From IMG/VR virus record IMGVR_UViG_3300024520_000070: a DNA stretch of 64,000 bases; one strand, written 5' to 3'. Both the position numbers and the translations under genes were made by a program. Shown piece by piece: positions 37,972 through 47,632 of this stretch. Source of the DNA: an uncultured virus (IMG/VR IMGVR_UViG_3300024520_000070) (Duplodnaviria > Heunggongvirae > Uroviricota > Caudoviricetes). The notes beneath the pieces are model-generated. The model was not told the DNA's origin, searched no databases, and worked only from the letters and a program-made list of their open reading frames with translations. Each line of letters begins with the position of its first letter. Positions within the stretch are counted from its first letter, which is position 1.

Positions 37972-39408
37972 CTATATCCATTCCTTAAGGTCTTCCCCCA
38001 TAATCTCAGTTGCAATATTAACTTTCTTACGCAAAGCTTGTAAGATTTTATTGTCAATTGTATCCTCTGTAATAATGTCGATATAGGTCATGGGTTTAGT
38101 TTGACCAATCCTATCTATTCTCGCTTCAGACTGCTGGCGCTTTTCTAAGTCATAACCATTAGAAAAATAAATCATATTACTCGCTGCAGTTAAAGTTATG
38201 CCGTAGCCCCCGGTTTGTGTTGTTCCTACAAAGAATCTGCATTTATCTTCTTCTTGAAACTTTTTAATATTCTCTTGTCTGTCGTCTTGAGGAGTTAGTC
38301 CATAATAATCTACTACGGAGTCGTCTCCATATTTCTTTTTAATTTCTTTTAATATTCTCTGCACGTCTTTTTGATAATGAGACCATATAACGGCTTTTCC
38401 TTCCATTTCAGATAGGATGTCCATCAGCTCAGTAACTCTATTACATGGAATTTCTTGAACAGTTCCGTCATCGGCAGTAAAGTGGCCACAAGTGATTTGG
38501 TGCAATCTCATTAACTGTACCATTACCGTAGAAGTAGTAACACTCTTTCCTTCCAGTTGAGCCATCGCATATTTTTTCATTTCTCTATAAACTTTTTCTT
38601 GTGGTTTAGTCATGGTCACTATTCTCTTCATATATGTTTTCTTAGGAAGATCTAAACAATCATCTTTTAAAACTCTTTCAGAAAAAGGTTGAACCTTCTC
38701 TGAAAGTTCTCCTAAATTTCTATAACCCACTACCACATTAACTGAGCGAGAACCTAGGTTAATAGTCTTCATCACTGAATATCTTGCTCTAAATGTAAAA
38801 TAAGATTGATGATCACCAAGGTACCAGGGATCAAGAAATGCACATTGACTATATAAATCTAGTGGAGAATTAGTAACTGGAGAACCAGTAAGAATTCTTC
38901 TGTATTTAGCTAAGTCTCTTAACTTAAGAATATTTTTTGTACGTTTTGCAGTGGGAGTTTTAATAGTAGTAGACTCATCGATAGCCATCATGGCTTTATG
39001 AGAAGATAAGAATCTTCGTGCAAACTCACATCCAAAAGGGTAAGAGAACGCTTCTACATTCATAAGAAGAATGTGAAACTCAGTGCCTAAGGAAAATAAA
39101 GTGTTTAGTTTTACAGATTGTTCTGAGGATTTATCAGAGGTTTTCCATAATACTATTTTTTTCTCTATGTGATCTACTAAATGAGTAGGTATTTCACCTT
39201 CAAACCAGTTTTTATATACACCTTTAGGAGCAATTAAAAGAAGCCCATTAATAAGCCCTTTATCATAAAGCATAGCACAGTTATCAAGTAGTACTTTAGA
39301 TTTTCCAGTACCCATTTCCATGAAATAGGCAAAATTTTCCTTCTCCCAAGAACGTTCTAACGCTTTTAATTGATGGGCATACGGTTTGGTCTTAAACTTA
39401 TAAAACAT
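37972..39408 (-). CDS. SNF2-family (SF2) helicase
   Basis: Walker A MEMGTGKS, AIDEST, LTGSP, GGYGITLTAA, QSEARIDRIGQ. Confidence 0.92.
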   Translation of the reverse strand: MFYKFKTKPYAHQLKALERSWEKENFAYFMEMGTGKSKVLLDNCAMLYDKGLINGLLLIAPKGVYKNWFEGEIPTHLVDHIEKKIVLWKTSDKSSEQSVKLNTLFSLGTEFHILLMNVEAFSYPFGCEFARRFLSSHKAMMAIDESTTIKTPTAKRTKNILKLRDLAKYRRILTGSPVTNSPLDLYSQCAFLDPWYLGDHQSYFTFRARYSVMKTINLGSRSVNVVVGYRNLGELSEKVQPFSERVLKDDCLDLPKKTYMKRIVTMTKPQEKVYREMKKYAMAQLEGKSVTTSTVMVQLMRLHQITCGHFTADDGTVQEIPCNRVTELMDILSEMEGKAVIWSHYQKDVQRILKEIKKKYGDDSVVDYYGLTPQDDRQENIKKFQEEDKCRFFVGTTQTGGYGITLTAASNMIYFSNGYDLEKRQQSEARIDRIGQTKPMTYIDIITEDTIDNKILQALRKKVNIATEIMGEDLKEWI

Positions 39409-39411
39409 AGT

Positions 39412-39461
39412 TTGCTTTTCTTTCTAAAAATAGTATATATATTATGAAAGTAAAAAGTCAA
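39412..39461. promoter_or_regulatory. overlapping divergent promoters between the SNF2 operon and the replication operon
   Basis: TTGCTT (+, 39412) and TTGACT (-, 39461-39456) each lie 16-18 nt from a shared TATATATA. Confidence 0.45.
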
Positions 39462-39799
39462 TGAGTAAAGTATATCTAATTCAAGAAATACCAGGAACCA
39501 CAAAGGGGGAACCTAAATATAATATTTTAGGAGCTCAGAAATATGGCGAAATTGTGACCCTCTTACCAGAATTCTCACAAATGATATTGTCCCCAGGTCC
39601 TTTAATTCAAAAACTTAAAACGTTATTAAAAGATATAATAAGTGAAGACTACCTTTTATTGTCCGGAGACCCTGCAATTATTGGGGTTGTATGTTCGGTT
39701 GTATCAGATTTAACTAATGGTCAATACAAGCTATTAAAGTGGGACCGTCAAGAAAAAACTTACTATCCAATAGAAATAAATATTCATCAAAAGGGTTGA
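39461..39799 (+). CDS. hypothetical replication-module protein
   Basis: DYLLLSGDP, LLKWDRQ. Confidence 0.75.
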   Translation: MSKVYLIQEIPGTTKGEPKYNILGAQKYGEIVTLLPEFSQMILSPGPLIQKLKTLLKDIISEDYLLLSGDPAIIGVVCSVVSDLTNGQYKLLKWDRQEKTYYPIEINIHQKG

Positions 39800-39824
39800 C
39801 AATATAAAATTCTCCTATATATAA
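39796..39824 (+). promoter_or_regulatory. sigma70-like promoter
   Basis: TTGACA followed 16-18 nt later by TATATA/TATAAA; TCCTATA in the spacer. Confidence 0.55.
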
Positions 39825-39860
39825 AGATTATTAAATTAATAAATATATATAGGAAAGAAT

Positions 39861-40217
39861 ATGAGTATAAATCTAAGACAAGATGCACCGCCGCAAAAAT
39901 TTATAGAAAAAAGTCTACAATTTAGTAGAATTCAATTTAATCTGAGTAAATTAAGAAATGAAGATAGAGTGCTTAATCTTATTTTACAAAGAGTTTATGT
40001 AGTAAAAAAAAGAATGGGAGCAGAATTTGCACTTGAAGACACAGTGGCTTATTTGAAAAAATGGAAAACAAGTATTAAGGATTGGCGAAAAACTTCAAAA
40101 ATAAAATTAACTCAACTAGAACCATTGCCTGAGAAAGGAAAAACAGGTAACTTTTGCCCAGTCAATTTAACAAGTAAGGGTACAGATGATAATCAAAAGA
40201 GAAAGGAAAGAATATGA
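39861..40217 (+). CDS. hypothetical protein (probable inserted gene)
   Basis: SD and first 10 codons duplicate those of the next gene. Confidence 0.6.
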   Translation: MSINLRQDAPPQKFIEKSLQFSRIQFNLSKLRNEDRVLNLILQRVYVVKKRMGAEFALEDTVAYLKKWKTSIKDWRKTSKIKLTQLEPLPEKGKTGNFCPVNLTSKGTDDNQKRKERI

Positions 40218-40759
40218 CTATAGACTTAAGAAAAGATGCACCTAATCAGGTTGCAAACGTTGACCCACAAAAACTAACGACAGAGATTGCTACATTCCAA
40301 TCTATTCAGCAAGAAATTTCTAATCAAGACTCAAAAACAAAAGAATTAAAAGAAAGAGAAAAATACTATTCTAATATTGTCATTCCTGATCTCATGAATG
40401 AAATGAATCTAAGTACCTTGAAACTAAAAGATGGTTCTGAGATTAGTGTTAAAAATATTTTTGGTGCTGCTATTATTGCAGATAAAAAAGAAAGCGCACA
40501 CAACTGGCTTCGAGAAAAGGGCTTGGGCGATATTGTGAAAAATGAAATCACAGTACGTTTTGGTCCGGAAGAAGATAACAAGGCGGAGCAATACACTTCC
40601 CTTGCACGTGGTCAAGGCTATGAACCGGAACGTAAAGTTGCTGTTCATCCAGGATCATTACGAATAACTCTGGAGGATTATCACAGGCGCGGTGGTAGTA
40701 TACCTGCGGAGTTATTTCGCACGTTTGAAGGAAATCAAACGAAAATAAAAACCAAATAG
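40214..40759 (+). CDS. hypothetical replication protein
   Basis: IPDLMNE, WLREKGLGDIVKNE, VHPGSL. Confidence 0.75.
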   Translation: MTIDLRKDAPNQVANVDPQKLTTEIATFQSIQQEISNQDSKTKELKEREKYYSNIVIPDLMNEMNLSTLKLKDGSEISVKNIFGAAIIADKKESAHNWLREKGLGDIVKNEITVRFGPEEDNKAEQYTSLARGQGYEPERKVAVHPGSLRITLEDYHRRGGSIPAELFRTFEGNQTKIKTK

Positions 40760-40793
40760 ACTACTAAACTAACAGACTAACAAAGGAGTAAAA

Positions 40794-41564
40794 ATGGAAA
40801 GTCAAGTAGCAAAGAAAACCAATGCAGGTGCATTGGCAACAATAAATCTCAGAGCAGATATGGGAAAGGGTGCAGAAGAAATTAAAGCGGATGACGTATC
40901 AACGCCAATTTTAAAAATTCTACATCAATTATCTCCTGAGTGTAACGAGAGAGATGCCAAACATGTAACCGGTTCTAAACCAGGGATGATATATGCCTCT
41001 GGATTTGGTAAACTGATTAATGGGCAAGACGGCTTAAATATTATTGTCGCTCACTCACAAACTAGATTTCCTGAATGGCAGGAGAGAGGCGATAGTGCTT
41101 CTGCTCCAGTTGGAGTTCACTTAGAAATTCCAAAGGATGCTATTGAGGAAAGAAATGGTAGATATAGATTACCTAACGGTAACTACGTTGAGAAGACTGC
41201 ATATTTTTATGTACTAGCACTAGTAGATAAAGAGTTAAAACCTGCAGTGATTCCAATGAGATCATCTAACTTATCTCCAGCTAGGGAACTTAATAATCTG
41301 ATTAAAAACTTAAGAGTTACAGATGAAAAAGGTTCTTTCAATCCTGCAACATACTCAGCTGTATATAATTTAAAAACAGTGGGTAAAACATCAGGAAGTA
41401 AAAGCTGGCATGTTTACAGACCATCAAGAGTAAGAAATCTTAATATTGGTGAAACAGCGGATGCCGGGATGTATGAAATGGCAGCACAACTTCAGAAACA
41501 AGTTTCTAAAGGTGTGACGAGACCTAAATACGCTCCAGCGGAGAAAGCAAAAGATATTGTATAA
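40794..41564 (+). CDS. putative single-stranded DNA-binding protein
   Basis: PILKILHQLSPE, GSKPGMIY, NGNYVEKTA, SWHV; upstream of the primase. Confidence 0.6.
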   Translation: MESQVAKKTNAGALATINLRADMGKGAEEIKADDVSTPILKILHQLSPECNERDAKHVTGSKPGMIYASGFGKLINGQDGLNIIVAHSQTRFPEWQERGDSASAPVGVHLEIPKDAIEERNGRYRLPNGNYVEKTAYFYVLALVDKELKPAVIPMRSSNLSPARELNNLIKNLRVTDEKGSFNPATYSAVYNLKTVGKTSGSKSWHVYRPSRVRNLNIGETADAGMYEMAAQLQKQVSKGVTRPKYAPAEKAKDIV

Positions 41565-41640
41565 TTCTCGCAAGAGAATAAATGCAATCCATCCTGACCG
41601 GGTTGCAACAGGGGCGCTGAAGCGAGAGTAGAGGCGCCCT
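41564..41640 (+). other. three consecutive intergenic hairpins (candidate structured RNA or ssDNA origin)
   Basis: ATTCTC-gcaa-GAGAAT; TGCAATCC..GGGTTGCA; GGGGCGC-tgaa-GC-gaga-GT-agag-GCGCCCT. Confidence 0.5.
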
Positions 41641-41658
41641 AAAAATATAAAGGAGCTT

Positions 41659-43290
41659 ATGAAAGAGTTTAAAGATTTTTTTAAAGGATTAGATAGAGAT
41701 TTTGGTTATCGAGAAATACTCAAAGGATTTCCTGATCCAGAGACTGGTAAAATAAAATTTCGAGATGAAGACAAGGCCTATGGATGGAAACATAGAAGTA
41801 TTACAGACGAGGATTATGTTAAACACTTAACAGGGGATGTAGGAATGGGCATTCAACCCTGTGATGATCAGGGTAACGCCTCATTCGGTGCTATAGATAT
41901 TGACCCCAACAATTATACAGATTTTACACCACAAAAATATTTAAAAATTATTCAAGACAAAAACCTACCCCTTGTACCTATTAAATCAAAAAGTGGAGGA
42001 CTACATATATTTGTATTTACCACAAAACCTATCTCAGCGTCTGCTATTAGAGAGTTTTTATCTTCATTTTTATTTATATTTGGTTTAAAAGCGACGACAG
42101 AAATATATCCTAAACAAACTAAATTAGGATTAACAGCTGCGGGCGCCAAACAAGTTGGGCAGTTTATAAATCTGCCGTACGCTCCCCTAGAAGATAGTGG
42201 AGTTTATTTACCTGATGGTACTATATTAAAGCTTAAAGACGGTTTGAATGTCATAGAAAACAATTTACTAACCCTAGAACAATTAAAAGAAATAGCCACC
42301 ACAAAAATAAAGGAAGTTATTACAGGTGGTCCAGAAGCATTAGCTGATGGTCCTCCATGTCTCCAAATGATCTGTAAGGAAGTAATGGAGTCCGGTAAAA
42401 AACTAACTGATGGAAGAGATAGATTCTTGTATGAGTACATGGTATTTGCAAAAAAGAAATATAAAGACTCATGGGAAGACGCTGTCCTACAAGCAGGGAG
42501 AGATTATATTCAGTACGATAAAGTGTGGGGAGACGAGAAAGTAAAAGAAAAAATTAAATATTGGAAAAAAGATACAGCGGGTCATCAATGTAACGCGGAA
42601 CCTATAAGCAACTATTGTGCAAAAGCAACTTGTGTAAAAAGAAAATTTGGAATCAGTGTGGGTAGAAAAAATGCGTGGCCACTGATCTCAGGTTTAGTTA
42701 GAATTAATTATAAACCAGATCCCGAGTTCTATTTCAATGTAGAAGTATCTACTAGCAAAACAGTCCAGGTCCATGCTAAAGATGTTAAAAAAGTAACAGA
42801 GATGAGAGAATTAAGATCACTTATTGCAGCCCAAACCGGTATTTGTCCGCCTGTCATAAAGCAAACTGAATTTCAACCAATATTAGACTCTTTGTATCCA
42901 CCGGAAGATTTAGCTCCGCCGGTGGGTACAAGTCCCGTTGACATACTAAAAAAATATTTAACTGAATATGTCAACGGGCCTAAGGCTAAAACCTATGCAG
43001 CATTTAAAAGTGGTGCAGTATTAGAAGAAGATGATTCTTATTATTTTGATTTTGATCAATTCTTTGATTACATAAGAAGGTTTGAATGGAGGAAAGACAG
43101 CTCTCGTACAGGAGTTATGATAAAAAATATTTTTAAAGGAGAGTTTGGAGTTCAAAAAAGATTTCCAAAAGGAGAAAATACAAAATCTTTTCCCCCATTA
43201 CGTTGTTTAAAAGTTCCTAAGCTAGACTTAGCCAAGGAAGAAACACCCGACGAACTCATACAAATAGAAAACAAGGAGGATATAGTATGA
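41659..43290 (+). CDS. primase-polymerase (AEP superfamily)
   Basis: FGAIDID, SKSGGLHIF, FINLPY, GPPCLQ, C-terminal Cys cluster. Confidence 0.8.
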   Translation: MKEFKDFFKGLDRDFGYREILKGFPDPETGKIKFRDEDKAYGWKHRSITDEDYVKHLTGDVGMGIQPCDDQGNASFGAIDIDPNNYTDFTPQKYLKIIQDKNLPLVPIKSKSGGLHIFVFTTKPISASAIREFLSSFLFIFGLKATTEIYPKQTKLGLTAAGAKQVGQFINLPYAPLEDSGVYLPDGTILKLKDGLNVIENNLLTLEQLKEIATTKIKEVITGGPEALADGPPCLQMICKEVMESGKKLTDGRDRFLYEYMVFAKKKYKDSWEDAVLQAGRDYIQYDKVWGDEKVKEKIKYWKKDTAGHQCNAEPISNYCAKATCVKRKFGISVGRKNAWPLISGLVRINYKPDPEFYFNVEVSTSKTVQVHAKDVKKVTEMRELRSLIAAQTGICPPVIKQTEFQPILDSLYPPEDLAPPVGTSPVDILKKYLTEYVNGPKAKTYAAFKSGAVLEEDDSYYFDFDQFFDYIRRFEWRKDSSRTGVMIKNIFKGEFGVQKRFPKGENTKSFPPLRCLKVPKLDLAKEETPDELIQIENKEDIV

Positions 43291-44045
43291 AAAATAAAGA
43301 CGCCGGCTGGGGAGCTTCCCCAATCGAAAATAAGAAAGACCCACCACCAAAAGTATACGTGTGTATGCCTACTTATGATACCATGCATACTGCAACATGT
43401 TTATCTTTAATAAAGTTATTTGATAAGATGACTGCCAGTGGCATTAAGATGAACATTAGTACATTTAAATGCCCTTACATAGGTTATGGAAGGAATATAT
43501 TAGCCGCATTATTCTTAGATTCTAAGTATGAGTATCTATTATTTGTTGATGCAGATGTTCAATTTGAACCGGATGCAGTGGCAAGAATGTTAGTAACTAA
43601 GAAAGATTTTATATGTACACCCTATAGAAAAAAGACAGAGGATATTTCTGTTAAATATTCTGTAGCTTTTGAAGATAAGAATAATATTAATGTAGAACCC
43701 TTTGGAATCACTAAGATAGCTAAAGGCCCTGCTGGATTAACATTGATTCATCGTAGAGTCTTTGAAAAATTAATGCAGCTTCATCCGGATTTAAAAATAA
43801 AACATTTTAATGGTATTCCAAAAGATGTAGGGGATAAATATTTATTTAATTTCTTTGATACAGGCTTCGATCCAAAGATTGGTTTATGGGAAGGAGAAGA
43901 TGTGAGTTTTTGCAATCTAACTAAAGCAGCTGGCTTTGAAATGTGGGCTAATTTAAATTCAGAAGTAGTGCACTATGGAACATATGGTTATGCTGGTAAG
44001 TTTGGAGACTCTCTAACTAAAAAAAAGAATGGCTCGGGTTTATAA
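43287..44045 (+). CDS. glycosyltransferase, GT-A fold (paralog of 27378-28292)
   Basis: VCMPTY, GRN, LLFVDAD, PAGLTLIHR, GEDVSFC, HYG. Confidence 0.8.
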   Translation: MKNKDAGWGASPIENKKDPPPKVYVCMPTYDTMHTATCLSLIKLFDKMTASGIKMNISTFKCPYIGYGRNILAALFLDSKYEYLLFVDADVQFEPDAVARMLVTKKDFICTPYRKKTEDISVKYSVAFEDKNNINVEPFGITKIAKGPAGLTLIHRRVFEKLMQLHPDLKIKHFNGIPKDVGDKYLFNFFDTGFDPKIGLWEGEDVSFCNLTKAAGFEMWANLNSEVVHYGTYGYAGKFGDSLTKKKNGSGL

Positions 44046-45468
44046 AATCTATGGTCCACCTGGTACAGGGAAAACCTTTAGATTAATAAGAAGAGCTCAA
44101 GCCTATCGCAGGTGTGGGGTCCCTTACCATAAAATAGGGTACTTTGCTTTTACGCGAAAGGCTGCGGGTGAAGCCCGCTCTAGAATAGGTGTGTCTGAAA
44201 AAGATGTACCTTATTTTCAAACTCTACATGCCTTCGGTTTTCATCTCTTGGGGTTAAAAGAAGAAAACATAATGCAGCCCTATCACTATGCAGACTTGGG
44301 GAAAAAATTAGGAATAAGAGTTAATTTTTCTGACGCCTACAACGAGGAAGAGACTCATTTTTTAACCTGCAATAATCCTTACTTCCAATTAATTGGAAGA
44401 GCAATAAATAGAAACAATTCTGTGAGAGTTGAGTTTGATCGCAATGAACATGATCGCAAAGACATAGAATGGAGCACCTTAAGAAACATAGAGGTGAACC
44501 TTAAAGAATATAAAGAGAAGAATAAGTTAAGAGACTTTAATGACATCATCAAGGATGTTATTAAATTAAAAGATACCCCTCAATTCCCTACATTCGAAGC
44601 CGTCTTTATTGATGAAGCCCAAGACCTATCCCCATTACAATGGAAACTTTATGACGTATTAAAAGAAAAAACTGGAGATATGTATTTAGCGGGCGATGAT
44701 GATCAAGCCATCTTTGCGTGGGCTGGAGCTGATGTAAATAGATTTATAAATGAACCGGCTCAAGAAAAAGTATTAAGATATTCTAGACGTGTTTCAAAAG
44801 CTGTCCAGGAACAATCACAAATAATAGTGGGTCGGATATCAGGCATCAGGAAACATAAAGATTACTTCCCTAGAGCGCAAGAGGGTCTTGCGTCTCATAT
44901 CTCTAATTTAGGACAAGTAGACCTTACAAAAGGTAAGTGGTTAATCTTAAGCAGAACAAAAAATAATTTATTAAAAATAATGGAAGAGCTGAGGAGAAAA
45001 GGTTTATATTACCAGAGTAATAAAGGAAAAAGTTTTAAGGTTAGTCTTTATAAAGCAGCGGTGTCTTATACTAACTGGCGCTTTGATGAAAAACTTGAGG
45101 CAAAAGATATTGCGGAAATAAGAGAATACACCCCTGAAGGAGAATGGGATGTAAAAAAAGAATGGTACGAAGCATTCACGCAGGCTAGTCAGGAAGATAG
45201 TTTATATATCAGAAATTTATTATCAAACAATGAAAAATTAAATGAGAATGCTAGAATATTTGTTTCTACAATTCATGCGGCGAAAGGTGGTGAAGAAGAT
45301 AACGTAATTTTATCCTTACATCAAGGAAGAAAAGTTCAGGGGGGAATTGCATTAAGCATTGACAAACAAGATGAGGAGCATAGAGTATGGTACGTGGGCA
45401 GTACGAGAGCAAGAATTAATCTATATAAACTAGTTTCGAAAGTACATCGAAAGGAATACATATTATGA
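44029..45468 (+). CDS. UvrD/Rep-like SF1 helicase
   Basis: GPPGTGKT, FIDEAQD, GDDDQAIF, TIHAAKGGE, YVGSTRA. Confidence 0.92.
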   Translation: MARVYKIYGPPGTGKTFRLIRRAQAYRRCGVPYHKIGYFAFTRKAAGEARSRIGVSEKDVPYFQTLHAFGFHLLGLKEENIMQPYHYADLGKKLGIRVNFSDAYNEEETHFLTCNNPYFQLIGRAINRNNSVRVEFDRNEHDRKDIEWSTLRNIEVNLKEYKEKNKLRDFNDIIKDVIKLKDTPQFPTFEAVFIDEAQDLSPLQWKLYDVLKEKTGDMYLAGDDDQAIFAWAGADVNRFINEPAQEKVLRYSRRVSKAVQEQSQIIVGRISGIRKHKDYFPRAQEGLASHISNLGQVDLTKGKWLILSRTKNNLLKIMEELRRKGLYYQSNKGKSFKVSLYKAAVSYTNWRFDEKLEAKDIAEIREYTPEGEWDVKKEWYEAFTQASQEDSLYIRNLLSNNEKLNENARIFVSTIHAAKGGEEDNVILSLHQGRKVQGGIALSIDKQDEEHRVWYVGSTRARINLYKLVSKVHRKEYIL

Positions 45469-45674
45469 GTGAAGCTTATAAAAAACAAATTGGTGGTGAT
45501 CATTATGCCTCAATGACGATACAACCCTCAGAATTTATTAATAAAAATAATATTCCCTTTGCGGAGGGAAACGCCATAAAATATTTATGTCGTCATAAAC
45601 AGAAAGGACAAAAACAAGATTTAGAGAAGGCTATTCATTATTGTCAGATGGCTATTGAAAGGGACTATGAATGA
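45465..45674 (+). CDS. DUF3310-family protein (T7 gp1.7-like)
   Basis: QIGGDHY, GNAIKYLCR, QDLEKAIHY. Confidence 0.85.
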   Translation: MSEAYKKQIGGDHYASMTIQPSEFINKNNIPFAEGNAIKYLCRHKQKGQKQDLEKAIHYCQMAIERDYE

Positions 45675-47632
45675 AAATACCTCCTTACTTATTACAAACT
45701 GAATGGGTAGCACCAGATGAGTATCCAGACTTAAGAAACTATCCTGAAATTGCAATTGACTTAGAAACTAAAGACCCTGATTTAAAAACAAAAGGATCAG
45801 GCGCTGTTGTGGGTCGAGGTGAGGTAGTAGGTATAGCAGTGGCCGTAGAAACAGGCTCCTGGTATTTTCCTATCGCACATGCAGAAGGACCTAATGCAGA
45901 TAGAAAGAAAACTTTAGACTGGTTTAAAGATATTCTAGGTTGTCCAGCTACCAAAATATTTCACAACGCAATGTACGACGTATGTTGGATACGTAGTTTA
46001 GGTTTAAAAATCAATGGTTTAGTGGTAGATACAATGATTGCGGCTTCTCTTCTAGATGAGAATAGGTACTCTTTTACACTTAATACTTTGTCCTGGGTAT
46101 ACTTAGATAAAGGTAAAAATGAAACTGCGTTAATTAATGCGGCGAAAGAAAGAGGACTCGATCCTAAAAAAGATATGTGGCAGTTACCAGCGTTAGTAGT
46201 AGGTGCCTATGCAGAAAAAGATGCTGAGTTAACATTTGAATTATGGCAACGTGTGAAAAAATTAATAGTTGAAGAAGATTTACAAAAGATATTTAATCTA
46301 GAGACTGATCTTTTTCCTTGCCTGGTCGACATGAAATTTCTCGGAGTGAGAGTGGACGTTGACAAAGCTCATACACTGAAGACACGGCTAGCATCCCAAG
46401 AAGAAAAGTTAATCCAAGAAATAAAAAAAGAAACAGGAGAAGAGCCTCAAATATGGGCAGCAAGATCGATTGCCAAAGTTTTTCAAAAACTCCACCTACC
46501 TTATGACCGTACTGAAAAGACTGACTCTCCTTCATTTACAAAAAATTTCCTTTCCTCTCATGAACATCCTGTAGTTCGCATGATAGCAGAGGCAAGAAAA
46601 ATAAACAAGGTCCGTACAACTTTTATTGATACAATCTTAGAACATGAACACAAAGGTAGAATACATGCAGATATAAATCAGATTAGATCTGATCAAGGTG
46701 GAACTGTAACGGGAAGATTTTCATATTCTAATCCAAACCTACAGCAAATTCCAGCACGGGATCCAGAAACAGGGCCTTTAATAAGAAGTTTATTTATTCC
46801 AGAAGAAGGACACAGCTGGGGATGTTTTGACTACTCACAACAAGAGCCGAGACTGGTTGCACACTATGCTTTAAAATTTGGATTACCTTCTGTTAATCAA
46901 ATTGCAGATTCATATGATACAGAGCCGGCAACAGACTTTCATCAAATTGTAGCTGACATGGCTGACATTCCCCGACTACAGGCCAAGACTATTAATTTAG
47001 GTTTGTTTTATGGAATGGGTAAAGCAAAACTTCAAGCTGAGCTTGGGGTATCAAAAGAAAAAGCAACTGAGCTATCAGATAGATATCATTTAAAAGTTCC
47101 GTTTGTAAAACAACTCATGAATACATTAATGAATATTGCGTCTACCAAGGGACAAATTAAAACTTTATTAGGAAGACGTTGTAGATTTCCTAGGTATGAA
47201 CCTATCTTAAGAGGAATAGACTGGGGTAAATTTGTACCAGCAGAGGATCAAGAAAGAATGTTGGAACTGCAGGCAATGGGGCCTTATTTAATTGATGAAG
47301 AAGGGGAAATAATAAAAGATAAAGATAACAAACCCAAAAAAAATTATTGGCATCAAAATAGTTCGCGAAGAGCCTTCACCTATAAATCTTTAAATAGACT
47401 AATTCAAGGATCAGCGGCTGACATGACGAAGAAAGCAATGTTAGATTTATGGAAAGAAGGTATTGTCTCTCACATTCAAATTCACGATGAGCTAGATATT
47501 TCTATTAAAGATGAAGCTCAGGTTAAAAAAATAAAAGAAATTATGGAGAGTGCTGTTGAGTTAGAAATTCCTAATAAGGTTGATTATGAATCAGGGCCAA
47601 GTTGGGGAGAAATAAAAGAAAATGACCTATAG
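45671..47632 (+). CDS. polA: family A DNA polymerase with 3'-5' exonuclease domain
   Basis: AIDLET, FHNAMYD, YAEKDA, TGRFS..PNLQQIP, DYSQQEPR, KTINLGLFYG, IQGSAAD, IHDEL. Confidence 0.95.
   Translation: MKIPPYLLQTEWVAPDEYPDLRNYPEIAIDLETKDPDLKTKGSGAVVGRGEVVGIAVAVETGSWYFPIAHAEGPNADRKKTLDWFKDILGCPATKIFHNAMYDVCWIRSLGLKINGLVVDTMIAASLLDENRYSFTLNTLSWVYLDKGKNETALINAAKERGLDPKKDMWQLPALVVGAYAEKDAELTFELWQRVKKLIVEEDLQKIFNLETDLFPCLVDMKFLGVRVDVDKAHTLKTRLASQEEKLIQEIKKETGEEPQIWAARSIAKVFQKLHLPYDRTEKTDSPSFTKNFLSSHEHPVVRMIAEARKINKVRTTFIDTILEHEHKGRIHADINQIRSDQGGTVTGRFSYSNPNLQQIPARDPETGPLIRSLFIPEEGHSWGCFDYSQQEPRLVAHYALKFGLPSVNQIADSYDTEPATDFHQIVADMADIPRLQAKTINLGLFYGMGKAKLQAELGVSKEKATELSDRYHLKVPFVKQLMNTLMNIASTKGQIKTLLGRRCRFPRYEPILRGIDWGKFVPAEDQERMLELQAMGPYLIDEEGEIIKDKDNKPKKNYWHQNSSRRAFTYKSLNRLIQGSAADMTKKAMLDLWKEGIVSHIQIHDELDISIKDEAQVKKIKEIMESAVELEIPNKVDYESGPSWGEIKENDL

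Noticed and set aside
47170..47380. Intein or intron in polA
   Set aside because: The insert is short, in frame, and lacks C/S...HN splice motifs.
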